A stretch of 64,000 bases of DNA, taken from the IMG/VR virus record IMGVR_UViG_3300005340_000004, positions 7,878 through 71,877 of that record. One strand, 5' to 3'. The stretch is from a virus. Shown here piece after piece: positions 42,350-51,858 of the stretch. Under the pieces are notes generated by a model. That model had not been told where the DNA came from. It saw only the letters and a list, made by a program, of their open reading frames with translations, and did no database searches. A program made the position numbers and the translations under genes. Within the stretch, counting starts at the first letter, position 1, and each line of letters starts with the position of its first letter.

Positions 42350-42667
42350 TTATTGAACATCCCACTGTTGGGAATGCCTCTGAAAGTCTCGGGATTTCTC
42401 GTTAACAAGAATGTCGAGATATTGGAATCCGGTATTGCCGATGTAGATCAACTCACCATCAGCAGCTTGGATGCGAAATCCTCCCGGACTCTTATTGGTG
42501 ATTGAATACACCTTGCCTTCTTGGAAAGAGGAAGATGGAGGCATACTGATAACAACACCAGCAGTATGAACCAGGATTGAGCGATCTGTTTCGTCTACAA
42601 CATAATCGTTATAAACATCTACGATCCTCGTTCTGATAAACGTGGGTAGATAATTAGCGTCGGACAT
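42350..42667 (-). CDS. Small virion/fibre-associated protein
   Basis: Beta-rich (DRSILV...ISMP...GKVYSITN); in the structural operon. Confidence 0.45.
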   Translation of the reverse strand: MSDANYLPTFIRTRIVDVYNDYVVDETDRSILVHTAGVVISMPPSSSFQEGKVYSITNKSPGGFRIQAADGELIYIGNTGFQYLDILVNEKSRDFQRHSQQWDVQ

Positions 42668-42668
42668 C

Positions 42669-43022
42669 TCATGCAGAAGTTACGGTGATGTAGAGCGTTC
42701 CAGCACTACGGGTATAATTGATTGTATCCAGAACTCGTCCATTCTGAGCGATGTAACTTTCGGTATAAGAAGCAGGGAAGAGAACGCCTTGAACAGTTCC
42801 TGAGAAGGATGCGTCGGACACCATCGTTACTCGGCTGTATCCAGCAGGCACAGAGCCGTTTGCAGTAGCGGCAGATCGAACGATGGTTTGAGGGGCAATA
42901 CCTCCCGAAACTGTATTGGATGCAATGAGGCCAGAAGCCACCCCTTGCCCAAGAGCAATGAGATAAAGAAGTTTCTGCTGTGTATCGAGAGCGTCAGGGA
43001 CTTTGTATGCGTATTCAGCCAT
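42669..43022 (-). CDS. Small structural protein
   Basis: Ser/Thr/Gly/Ala-rich; in the structural operon. Confidence 0.45.
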   Translation of the reverse strand: MAEYAYKVPDALDTQQKLLYLIALGQGVASGLIASNTVSGGIAPQTIVRSAATANGSVPAGYSRVTMVSDASFSGTVQGVLFPASYTESYIAQNGRVLDTINYTRSAGTLYITVTSA

Positions 43023-43024
43023 AA

Positions 43025-43699
43025 TTAGGGAGCGGTTGCGATGAGGCCGTAAGCCGAAAGTGCATCAATCAGGGATTGTAAAACCGGATCAATTGCGGTT
43101 CCAGTTACCGTTTGTTTGCTGGCGGGAGAGCCGTCAAAAAAGGATACAGAGGAAGCCGCTTGACCCAAATTGATAGAACTGCCTCGAATGGTTGTTTGAT
43201 TGTTAGAATCGCCAAAATTGGTGTCACCAGACATGGTTCCAAAACTGGTGCTCATCGTTAAATCCAACCCGCTTCCATCAGTTCCGTTATTTGGCCCAGC
43301 AGAAGAAAGATCGTATCCCGTAAGTCCAGACGTTGCCCCGTTACCAAAGTTGATACTTACATCGTCATTTCCAACGGTAGACCCCGTCACCACAAACATG
43401 GGACTGGACAGGTCCAAAGCGGGATCGCCAGCGGAATCATTCAGCACGACTCCATCCTTAATCGAGGGATTTGGATATGTGCCTGATAGGTCCCCGCCAG
43501 CAGGTCCAGATGGAGAACCTCCTCCCGAACTAGACACCGTGCCCATAAGGACATACCCAGACGCTCCTACAGGAGCATCTTTTGGCCTACTCCAGACACT
43601 TCCAGTAGTAACATTTATTACCGCTTGTCCACCTGAAGTAATGACCCGATTCTCGGGGTCTTCGGAAAAACATTGAAATTGAACTGGTGAAGTTTGCAT
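43025..43699 (-). CDS. Head decoration / fibre-like protein
   Basis: SGPAGGDLSGTYPNP motif and C-terminal VSFF.GSP...LIDALSAYGLI. Confidence 0.55.
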   Translation of the reverse strand: MQTSPVQFQCFSEDPENRVITSGGQAVINVTTGSVWSRPKDAPVGASGYVLMGTVSSSGGGSPSGPAGGDLSGTYPNPSIKDGVVLNDSAGDPALDLSSPMFVVTGSTVGNDDVSINFGNGATSGLTGYDLSSAGPNNGTDGSGLDLTMSTSFGTMSGDTNFGDSNNQTTIRGSSINLGQAASSVSFFDGSPASKQTVTGTAIDPVLQSLIDALSAYGLIATAP

Positions 43700-43994
43700 A
43701 TTTATTCCCCGTCTTTGTCGTAATCGCTATCTGCGGAATCGCCGTCGTTGTCCTTGTCGTAATCAAGGGGGATTCCCTCGATTTCGGTTACGCAAAGTTT
43801 GTTTTCGTTATCCTTGTCAGCCTTGACTCGGATGGTCACAAGCTGTCCGTATTTGGCGGATTGATCGTCGTCGAAAACAAACGATTCAGGTTTGTCGATA
43901 CGGTTTTTCTGAGGCTTGGGTTCCTCAATGACCGCAATGTAATCAGCTTGTCCAGCAGGCATAACTTTTATTGTTAACTAGAATTAAACTCACT

Positions 43995-44023
43995 ACTGGC
44001 CCGACTATTTCTAGTGGGCCAGT
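43995..44023 (-). terminator. Hairpin after the major capsid gene
   Basis: ACTGGCCC(G)ACTA-TTTC-TAGTGGGCCAGT. Confidence 0.55.
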
Positions 44024-44037
44024 TTGTGAATCTAATC

Positions 44038-45264
44038 CTACGTGGAGCAGGTGATCGAGTCGTTACCGAAACCGCAGCGACGATAGCGGAAGACGTATGC
44101 GAGTTCAGGACGAGGAGCAACGTCACCCAGCTCGAAACGAGCGAATGGGAAGACCTGATCTCCGAAGGCATTGGTCGCACTAACCGAGCCATCAGCACAC
44201 ACAATCGAAGGTGTGTTGATGAACTTCCACGTTCCCATGTAGTTCTGAGGCTCGTATTTGATACGGTTGTTACCCCATGAGAGCTTGGGAAGGTTCGGAA
44301 CGGACAGCTTATAGGCCATGGTATTGAAGATATAGGCATCTTCGTAGGTGGCGTTAAGGTAGTCCGGCGAAACCTCGACATCGTTACCAATCGTGGTAGG
44401 AGTGGAAGAGCCATCCCCGAAAGGACGAACTTCGATCCACGTTCCGCTCACGAAGTTCCAACGCTTCGGATACATGATCGTCTCAAAGATGAAATCGCGG
44501 TAAGTCTCAACCTGCTGACCCATGGGGTTGAGGAGCATGACCGGATCACCGAAACGAATATCCTCACGGATGGACTGATCCTGACGAATCAGGTTTTCGC
44601 GAGCTTCCCAAGAGAGGAAGACGGTGTAGATGTTGTTACCACCCACCTGAGCAGGAGCCTGACCCTGAGCCTTATACTGAAGGTTCACCCACGCCTGCTT
44701 GAAGCGGTTGTAGGTAAGCGTTCCCGTAGCTGCAACCGCAGGGAATGTGAGGCCAGAGCTAACCGGGTCAGCCGCAGCCGTGCCGTTGCGAACCACAACC
44801 TTGTTACCGGCGTTGTTCGTATAGCGGGTCTGAATCTGGTCCATCATAATGAAACCAGTGGCGTCCGATAGGCCATCCACAAAGGCATCCACGATGTAAG
44901 GGGCGTTGGCCGAATACATGAGGTCCTGCAAGCAGAGAGGAGGCGCATTGAGGTCACCAATCTGCATGTCGATAGCCTTGGCCTGAGTGCCGGGCCATTC
45001 GACCTGAGTGAGAGGAGGGTTACAAGAGCGATTCGCAGCGGAGAGGTCAGAGACGCTGGACATAACCAGAGTCGGAGGACGGACACGCTGAACGATGGAG
45101 TAACGCTGGTTCAGGCCCATTGCGGTATCGAGGTCCACCTTTTCGGTGTATTCGTTCCACATGTGATCGTGACCCGTGCGTTTGTCGAAAATCATCTTTC
45201 CGATGACATCCGAGTTCTTCAAGAGACTCGGGACAATGTTACAATTTGCTGATACTTCGGCCAT
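44038..45264 (-). CDS. Major capsid protein (likely start ATG 45264, MAEVSANC, 408 aa)
   Basis: Size, position after portal and scaffold, and its own promoter and terminator. No diagnostic motif recognised. Confidence 0.7.
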   Translation of the reverse strand: MAEVSANCNIVPSLLKNSDVIGKMIFDKRTGHDHMWNEYTEKVDLDTAMGLNQRYSIVQRVRPPTLVMSSVSDLSAANRSCNPPLTQVEWPGTQAKAIDMQIGDLNAPPLCLQDLMYSANAPYIVDAFVDGLSDATGFIMMDQIQTRYTNNAGNKVVVRNGTAAADPVSSGLTFPAVAATGTLTYNRFKQAWVNLQYKAQGQAPAQVGGNNIYTVFLSWEARENLIRQDQSIREDIRFGDPVMLLNPMGQQVETYRDFIFETIMYPKRWNFVSGTWIEVRPFGDGSSTPTTIGNDVEVSPDYLNATYEDAYIFNTMAYKLSVPNLPKLSWGNNRIKYEPQNYMGTWKFINTPSIVCADGSVSATNAFGDQVFPFARFELGDVAPRPELAYVFRYRRCGFGNDSITCST

Positions 45265-45409
45265 AATAGTGAGAGCGGTTAGCGTCCTTTGACGCGGGTG
45301 TAGTGATTCATTTATGCAGACCTTCTGCACTTCTTTGAACCTCTGCCACTCTCATTTGTTATCCGGTGAGCTTCCGGCCTATGGTCGAGATTTAAACTGT
45401 TGAGTCTCT

Positions 45410-45435
45410 TTTATCGAAAACAATAAATTGGTCAA
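45410..45435 (-). promoter_or_regulatory. Putative late promoter for the capsid gene
   Basis: TTGACCAATTTATTGTTTTCGATAAA on the minus strand; identical to 7863-7888. Confidence 0.65.
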
Positions 45436-45449
45436 GGGAAATAATAAAT

Positions 45450-45479
45450 CCCCTGTAAAGTATTTCTACTCTACAGGGG
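45450..45479 (-). terminator. Terminator between the methyltransferase gene and the capsid promoter
   Basis: CCCCTGTA...TACAGGGG stem with a T-rich tail on the minus strand. Confidence 0.6.
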
Positions 45480-45497
45480 TTGGGCGACTAGCCGTTC

Positions 45498-46019
45498 TTA
45501 GTATCGTTTTAAAAAAACGACCCAGTGAGAGTTCATTCTTTTTCCGGAGCGATGCCCGAATAGAGGTTTGTATGGAAGAGCCAGCGGAAGGATTCCTTTT
45601 AAGGAAAATTGAACCTCACACCACTTAAAAATAAAAGTTCCTTCAGGTTTGAGGACTCGAAAGCATTCCGAAAACCCAAACTTTAACATTTCTTGCCATT
45701 CACCGCTCAGATAGCCATATCTTTTGGTCATCCTGCCATCTGGACCTCCCCTTTTAATATGAGGAGGGTCCATAACAACAAGTGAAAAACTCTCATTCGG
45801 AAAGGGGAGTTTTGTAAAATCAGCTATTACATCAGGATTGATTACTTCGGTGTAGTCCCCGGAAGGATACTCCATTTCAATAGTTTCTTTACGGCGATCC
45901 ACAAATAGGGTAAGTGGGTTATTTTTGTTAAACCACATTCCTTTAGGTCCACAACAAACATCCAAGACCGGGGGAAACTTTATTTCATCTCCATCAGTCG
46001 GATAAATATTCTCGGACAT
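45498..46019 (-). CDS. Class I SAM-dependent (putative DNA) methyltransferase
   Basis: VLDVCCG...ADFTKLPF...VVMDPPH...ECFRVLKPEGTFIFKW. Confidence 0.8.
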   Translation of the reverse strand: MSENIYPTDGDEIKFPPVLDVCCGPKGMWFNKNNPLTLFVDRRKETIEMEYPSGDYTEVINPDVIADFTKLPFPNESFSLVVMDPPHIKRGGPDGRMTKRYGYLSGEWQEMLKFGFSECFRVLKPEGTFIFKWCEVQFSLKGILPLALPYKPLFGHRSGKRMNSHWVVFLKRY

Positions 46020-46022
46020 AAC

Positions 46023-47378
46023 CTACTGAGCAGACCGCTCCATCTGAAATAGCTTGTTGGCATCGAGCTTACCTTCAAACACTTCCGGTTCGCTATCCTT
46101 GTTTTTGTCACCAGAGGAAGAGACGCCTGCCCCGGGTATGGCTTTAACCATCTGTTTCTGAGCTTTCTCCAGTTCACCACACTTTTTCTCAGCCTCAGCA
46201 AGCTTGTTCTCAAGTGCGGAGATTTGCTTGCCCATGATCTGCACAACAATGGGGTAGTTCTTTACTCCCGCCATCACCGCAGCCTGAGCTTCTACCGGGG
46301 CTTTATGCCAGTCGAAACCTTCCAACTTGGCTCCCATTTGACCTCGTGCCCCCTCGATCATTTCCTTTACTTCAGGGTCTTCGATGTGGCTAAAGAGCTG
46401 TTTGGCGAGAGCCTCATCCTTTTTGGCGAGCAGTCCAGTCAGTTCCTTTTTATACTCCTGCTCCCATCCCTGTTGTTGCTGTTCAAGTTCGCGCTGTTTT
46501 AGAGCGATGATCTTGTCTGCATTCTCCCGAAGTTCCTTGTTCTGGATGATTACCTGACGATACTTTGGAATGGTGATCGCCAATTCCTGATAGTCCCCCG
46601 GCTCCAAAGTTTCCTTCAGCTTCCGCATTTCTTCGCGGTAAGTAACAGGGTCTAGCCTGGCCAGAGTATCAAAGACATTCTTGTTGAGTTGTCCATTGGT
46701 AGCTTTGGTGAGATCAATGATGACTGGCTGGATTTCTTCCTCAAAAGGCTTTTGGACCTTATTCAGATAATCGGGGCTTTTCTCGACTCGGTAAACCGCA
46801 GCGTCCTTACGGAAATTTGTTAGCTCTTGTTCCTGAGCTTTGAACTTCTCTTCAAGAGCTTCATAACGAGTTTGGAACTCAGGATCGACACGGACTTCTG
46901 GCTTGCGGGACTGAAGCTCCTCAACTTGGCGCTGGTATTCCGCTAGTTGATTCTTAGTCTGTTTCAGTTCCTTTTCTTTCTGACGCAGTCCGATAAAAGC
47001 CTTCTTTTGCTTGGTTTGAGAACCTGCGACCTCTTCCCATGCCTTATCGTCGTCTTCCTCTTCAACTTCAGGTTTCTTCTCAGCTTTCTTGTCTGGGATT
47101 TCGATGTCGCCGAGAGGAGAGTCGATCTTAATGGGATCGGATTTTTCGACCTTCTGAGGCTCCTCAACCTCTTCCTGAACTTCTTCAACAATCTCTTTTA
47201 CGGGCTCCTTCTCAGGGATTACTTCTTTTACCTCTTTCTCCTCCCTCTCATCATTCTCTGTCATGGTGAACAAAGCTGCTCCATCGAGCTTCTGGGATTG
47301 TTCAGGAGGAATGGAAGAAGTAAGAGGTTTGTAGGCCACTCGCTCCAAGGATGTTTGATCTGCTGTTTCTAGGCTCAT
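46023..47378 (-). CDS. Putative scaffolding protein
   Basis: Glu/Lys-rich coiled coil between the portal and capsid genes. Confidence 0.65.
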   Translation of the reverse strand: MSLETADQTSLERVAYKPLTSSIPPEQSQKLDGAALFTMTENDEREEKEVKEVIPEKEPVKEIVEEVQEEVEEPQKVEKSDPIKIDSPLGDIEIPDKKAEKKPEVEEEDDDKAWEEVAGSQTKQKKAFIGLRQKEKELKQTKNQLAEYQRQVEELQSRKPEVRVDPEFQTRYEALEEKFKAQEQELTNFRKDAAVYRVEKSPDYLNKVQKPFEEEIQPVIIDLTKATNGQLNKNVFDTLARLDPVTYREEMRKLKETLEPGDYQELAITIPKYRQVIIQNKELRENADKIIALKQRELEQQQQGWEQEYKKELTGLLAKKDEALAKQLFSHIEDPEVKEMIEGARGQMGAKLEGFDWHKAPVEAQAAVMAGVKNYPIVVQIMGKQISALENKLAEAEKKCGELEKAQKQMVKAIPGAGVSSSGDKNKDSEPEVFEGKLDANKLFQMERSAQ

Positions 47379-47737
47379 TTTTTAGGTTTCTTTTCGGGAA
47401 TGGGTGGCATGGATCGTCTTACTCGCTCTTCAATCTCTGGAGTGTAAGGCAGGCCAGTTGGAGTTTTTGGCAGTTCGCCTTTAACATTATTGTTTTCAAG
47501 AGTCTTGGCCGGTCGTAGCAAATCCAGATTCTTAATCATCTGCTGCTGACCAAGGCGAAACACCCCGCGCATTGCTTCAACTTCGAGCACAGAGGCTTCT
47601 TTATTAAGTGCGGGCTCAGATGCCAGCATAGCATCAATTAGAACGTCCTTGAGATATTGAAAGACCGGAGAGCGATACATCGTCTCATATTCTTCTTGGA
47701 GAGCTTTATTCTCCTTCCACTGAGATAGGGTGAACAT
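47375..47737 (-). CDS. Hypothetical head-region protein
   Basis: 120 aa between portal and scaffold. Confidence 0.55.
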   Translation of the reverse strand: MFTLSQWKENKALQEEYETMYRSPVFQYLKDVLIDAMLASEPALNKEASVLEVEAMRGVFRLGQQQMIKNLDLLRPAKTLENNNVKGELPKTPTGLPYTPEIEERVRRSMPPIPEKKPKK

Positions 47738-47875
47738 CTATTTCTTGCGTTTCATTTTCATAGCCATCTTCTTGGGTAGAGCCCCAGAGCTTACGAAGCT
47801 GTCCCAGATGGCATGGGTTGCAGCTTTTGTGAAATTAGGTTTAGGCTTGGTCTTGGTAGAGGCTTTGCGAGGCAT
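47738..47875 (-). CDS. Small basic peptide (45 aa, not in track)
   Basis: MPRKASTKTKPKPNF...KMKRKK*; stop abuts the next ATG. Confidence 0.5.
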   Translation of the reverse strand: MPRKASTKTKPKPNFTKAATHAIWDSFVSSGALPKKMAMKMKRKK

Positions 47876-47919
47876 CTAAAACGAGCCTTATCAGTTAGCC
47901 ACTAATTCGTCAATGCTTT

Positions 47920-50280
47920 TTAGGATTGGTTAAGTTTTTGAGCCGTCTCTAAGTCGGTAACCGCAAGAGATTGCTGGGTTTTCCTAGCCTTGTCAGCCAA
48001 CTGTTGCTCCGTAAGAGCTTTTTGGGATGATACAGAAGTTAAGGTCTTGGTGGCGTCCTGCTTAACCTTGTGCTCGGTTTTAACCTGACCCATCTCAATC
48101 TCGGCCTCAGTTTTTTGTTGGGCTCGTTCAATTTCAGCCTTGGTCTTCAAATCCTTGCGCTGTTGCTCAAGCTGTTCCGCAGTAAGTTTCTGCTCTTCCT
48201 GAGCTTGCTTATCTGCCATAGCCTGTTGTTCGGCTTGGTAGTTCTGCGTAAACTTATCAGCCATAGCGGTGATCTGAGCGATGGCGTTCTGGAACTGCTG
48301 AATCTCCTTTTTCTTGGTTGGATTCTTTTGCAGGTTCGCAAAGGTCTTTTGGATGTGAGGGATGCTGGCTTGCAGGCGTTTGATCGCATCCTCGGGCTGG
48401 ATAGCCTGCTTATCGAGGGCCGCAAAGATACCAGCCGCAAAAGGAACGTGTTCGGATAGGTGAACTGCCGCATCCTCCTCAGCCATGATTTCAGGCTCCA
48501 CTCCATCAATAAAGAGTGAGGATTCAAGTTCTGCGTCCTTCTTGTCCCTAGGAACGCGAGGTTGAGCCGGAACGAGTAGATCGGCGTAGTCTGGACCGAG
48601 GTTAGTAACAACTTGTTTACGCAGAACCAGATTTTGAGCGACGGGATCAAGCAGCGGGAAGATTTGCATGATCGCGCCAATCTTTGCCTGTTGTTCGGCT
48701 GGGCTACCCATACCGATAGAACGAACTGCCCGGACACAACAGATGGAGTAAAACACCTTCTCCGGCATTCCTCGATCCAAGCAGTAACGCATAAACTTCC
48801 ACCGCTGTTCACCTCCTGGCATGTGCCGTGGATAGTCGCGTTTAATCAAGGCTCTCACCGTCATTTGATGCAAACGATCAAGAGCTTGGTAGAAGAGGAC
48901 TTTGGCTGAGGTAGTAAGGATGGCTTGTTGACTAGCTTCAATCTGAGCCTCGGTTGCACTCTTACGATCAGGGCGACCTCCCGGCATCAACTGTTGTGAA
49001 GCAGTGTAAGTTCCGGTGTTGATACTCTCCACATTGGAAAGCATGTTGAGCATCTGCAAAGCGTTCTGACCGATGTTCTGGGTGAATTGCTCAACTGGAT
49101 TTACGCCTTGGGGAATAATAGTGTCGGCTCCCCATACAATCTGATTGGCGTCTTGTAGACCATCAGCAGAGCCGGGCTGCCACAAGTAAGACATCGAGCG
49201 GAGAGTAGAGTCACCAAGCCTCGACATGAGAATATTGAACATGTTCTCCAAAGCGAAGATTTTGTATCCTAGTCCGCGAATCGAATAGAGATCACCATTA
49301 CCGATTCCGTAAGTAAAAAGTGTCATTACGTCCGAGGGAGATTCCCAGCGATTCTCTTTCTTGAACAAGAAATCATCATCGTTGTTCGGAGAGGTAATTA
49401 GATGGGATACTTTCCCAGAAAACTCTTTGACCCAGATATGCCTCAGTTCAACTTGAGGGTCTTTGCCTTTGGTCATCCATAGACCATTATCCTTGGCGTC
49501 CCGCTGAACCTGTTCCCAGTTCCAAGTATCTGTTCCTTGTCCGATTAGAACAGTTGCGGACTCGATAGCTTTCTTGGTTGCTTTGACGTTCCAGCCAATA
49601 TCCGAAGCAATCTTCTCATCGGAAATCCAATCGAAAACATCGGGAGGATAAAGGAATTGTCTCTGACCGGCACATTGGAAATCATCAACCGAACACCCAT
49701 CCCGACGAGAGATTTGAAAATCTCCTAGCCGGGAGACTTGCCAACGCCAATCCCATTCATTATCTCGAAAAGCGATGCCTACACCTTGGCGGATAAAGCA
49801 CTTTTCCAGCATCAACATCCGGGGCTTGAAGTCAGGCCACTCGAAACGATTGAGGCGAGTGTAACCCCGACAGAAGATTTGTGCCCATTCCTCTCGTTGG
49901 GCCGGTGTTCCTAACTCGGTATCAACTTCGCACTGAATAAGATTTTCGTCGCTATCAGCCAGATCGTGATAGGCAGCAAGAGCCATTTCCTCTTTTGCAA
50001 AAGCCCGCTGGAAATTGATGTTGAAGTTATTGCCCTGACCACTCTCGCGAAGAGAGGCTTGGTTCATGGGAGCGGCCCCGTCAGTTAGGTCGTCAACTGC
50101 CGCGCGGTCAATTTGAGCCCAATAATCCCCTCTAAATTTGTCAACGAACCATTCGTTAGCTGATTCAGCATCCTTGAAACGACTTTTTGGGACAACTCCC
50201 TCGTCTGAGATGTTTGCAATTGGAGAATTGTTAGTTCCTCCATTATCCCCACCTTGGGTCTCCGATTGGCTTGAAGTCAT
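47920..50280 (-). CDS. Portal protein
   Basis: 786 aa, helical, KSATEAQIE motif, Gln-rich coiled-coil C-terminal barrel; heads the head operon. Confidence 0.75.
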   Translation of the reverse strand: MTSSQSETQGGDNGGTNNSPIANISDEGVVPKSRFKDAESANEWFVDKFRGDYWAQIDRAAVDDLTDGAAPMNQASLRESGQGNNFNINFQRAFAKEEMALAAYHDLADSDENLIQCEVDTELGTPAQREEWAQIFCRGYTRLNRFEWPDFKPRMLMLEKCFIRQGVGIAFRDNEWDWRWQVSRLGDFQISRRDGCSVDDFQCAGQRQFLYPPDVFDWISDEKIASDIGWNVKATKKAIESATVLIGQGTDTWNWEQVQRDAKDNGLWMTKGKDPQVELRHIWVKEFSGKVSHLITSPNNDDDFLFKKENRWESPSDVMTLFTYGIGNGDLYSIRGLGYKIFALENMFNILMSRLGDSTLRSMSYLWQPGSADGLQDANQIVWGADTIIPQGVNPVEQFTQNIGQNALQMLNMLSNVESINTGTYTASQQLMPGGRPDRKSATEAQIEASQQAILTTSAKVLFYQALDRLHQMTVRALIKRDYPRHMPGGEQRWKFMRYCLDRGMPEKVFYSICCVRAVRSIGMGSPAEQQAKIGAIMQIFPLLDPVAQNLVLRKQVVTNLGPDYADLLVPAQPRVPRDKKDAELESSLFIDGVEPEIMAEEDAAVHLSEHVPFAAGIFAALDKQAIQPEDAIKRLQASIPHIQKTFANLQKNPTKKKEIQQFQNAIAQITAMADKFTQNYQAEQQAMADKQAQEEQKLTAEQLEQQRKDLKTKAEIERAQQKTEAEIEMGQVKTEHKVKQDATKTLTSVSSQKALTEQQLADKARKTQQSLAVTDLETAQKLNQS

Positions 50281-50364
50281 TGTGCGATAGAACTAAACAA
50301 TTATTTGGTTAAGTCAATGATTTACGTTGACGGCCCAATATAGATTTAAGAAAGTAACAGTGTC

Positions 50365-51186
50365 TTGCGGGTAGGTTTGAACTACCCGCAAGACTGCCAA
50401 ACCCATAACTTTACTATGAGAAAGACACCTCTCTTTAAAGAGACAAATCGCTATTACCGCAAGACTGAAATTGGAGATGTTCACGGATTGTGGACGATCA
50501 CAGGGGATCAAATACCCGGAAACAAGAAGTTAAATATAAAGCGTAAAATTCCGGCGAGATGCAGGTGCGGAGTAGAGCGAAATGTAATTCTTAAAACTCT
50601 TTTAAATGGAACCATCCATTCATGTGGATGCACACGACCAAAAGCCATTGTGGATGTAAATGGAAAGGTTTTTGGAAGGTGGACCGTTATAAAGGAATCC
50701 GAGCTTTCGTGGCACAGAAAGCACCGATGGGAATGCCGATGCGTTTGCGGAAATATCCGACATATAACTTTGCACGGATTGCGAACAGGAAAACATGCTT
50801 CCTGCGGGTGCCTCAGGAATGAAATGCTGGTTAAAAGATCATCTCTTCCTTATGGGGAGTCACAAAGAAATCATCAATTTTCTCAGTATCAATACGCTGC
50901 AAACAAAAGGGATTTGGAATGGGGATTAGACCGCCCTTTGTTTGATTTTCTGATTACTCATAATTGCTTCTACTGCGGGATAGAGCCACTTCAATCCGCC
51001 AGATACAGAAAGAAGGAAGGAATTAAATTTAACGGAATTGATCGTAAAGACCCCATGCAGGGATACATTAAGGACAACGTAGTAACTTGCTGCAAAACAT
51101 GCAACTTCGCCAAACAGCTTATGTCTGTTGAAGAATTTAAAGAATGGATAAAGCGCGTGGCAACCCATCTGCGGTTGCTGGAGTAA
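50365..51186 (+). mobile_element. Free-standing HNH homing endonuclease, antisense to the late operon (likely start ATG 50416)
   Basis: Two C-x-C-G...SCGC repeats, CFYCG, NGIDRKD..GY..DNVVTCCKTCNFAK. Confidence 0.85.
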
Positions 51187-51858
51187 CTACTTCTGCACCA
51201 CTAAAATCGTGTGACCCTCGTGCCAATGCTCAATAACTGAAGGAGATAGCCATTCTTTGAGGTAGGATTCTGACCACAAATTTTGATGCTCGGGATGAAA
51301 GTCGCAGTCACGCATGTTCTCCACCGTAGGAAGCATCAGGATCAATCTTCCGCCCTCTTTAACTAGATTGAGAGCCTTCTTGATAAACCATTCAGGATTA
51401 TCCAAGTGCTCGATAAGGTCCATGGCTACAATCGTTCCAAAGACTCCTTCGTTTTCATCTTCGTGCTCCCAGTTGATGTCTTCAAAGAATCCCGTGGTTA
51501 CGTCGCATCCTGCATAGTCCAGAATTGGTTGTGAATATCTTTCGTCTGGCTCGATGCCCTCAGCTTCAAATCCTGCTTCTCTGGCGGCTTTTAGAAATGA
51601 TCCGGGAGCGCAGGCGACTTCAAGAATTGGACCGACTTTACAGTATTTAAGGACGGCCTGAACTTTTGACTCTCCCTTTTCATTCAGGATATTTTCGCAG
51701 TTGTATCGCTGTTCTTCCAAAGTCGAATGTTCTTTCCCGTCCCAATATCCCTCAAGATAGCCCTCTTTTGGAAAAGGGATGCGGTTGTGATACGAACCGC
51801 ACTCTAGGCAGGTGTCAAAGTTTTCGTGCTCGCTTGGAATCCAAAAGTGCTGGTGCAT
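51187..51858 (-). CDS. Class I SAM methyltransferase, glycan/O-antigen type
   Basis: ILEVACAPGSFL...GIEP...MDLIEHLDNP...EGGRLIL...EHQNLWS. Confidence 0.8.
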   Translation of the reverse strand: MHQHFWIPSEHENFDTCLECGSYHNRIPFPKEGYLEGYWDGKEHSTLEEQRYNCENILNEKGESKVQAVLKYCKVGPILEVACAPGSFLKAAREAGFEAEGIEPDERYSQPILDYAGCDVTTGFFEDINWEHEDENEGVFGTIVAMDLIEHLDNPEWFIKKALNLVKEGGRLILMLPTVENMRDCDFHPEHQNLWSESYLKEWLSPSVIEHWHEGHTILVVQK

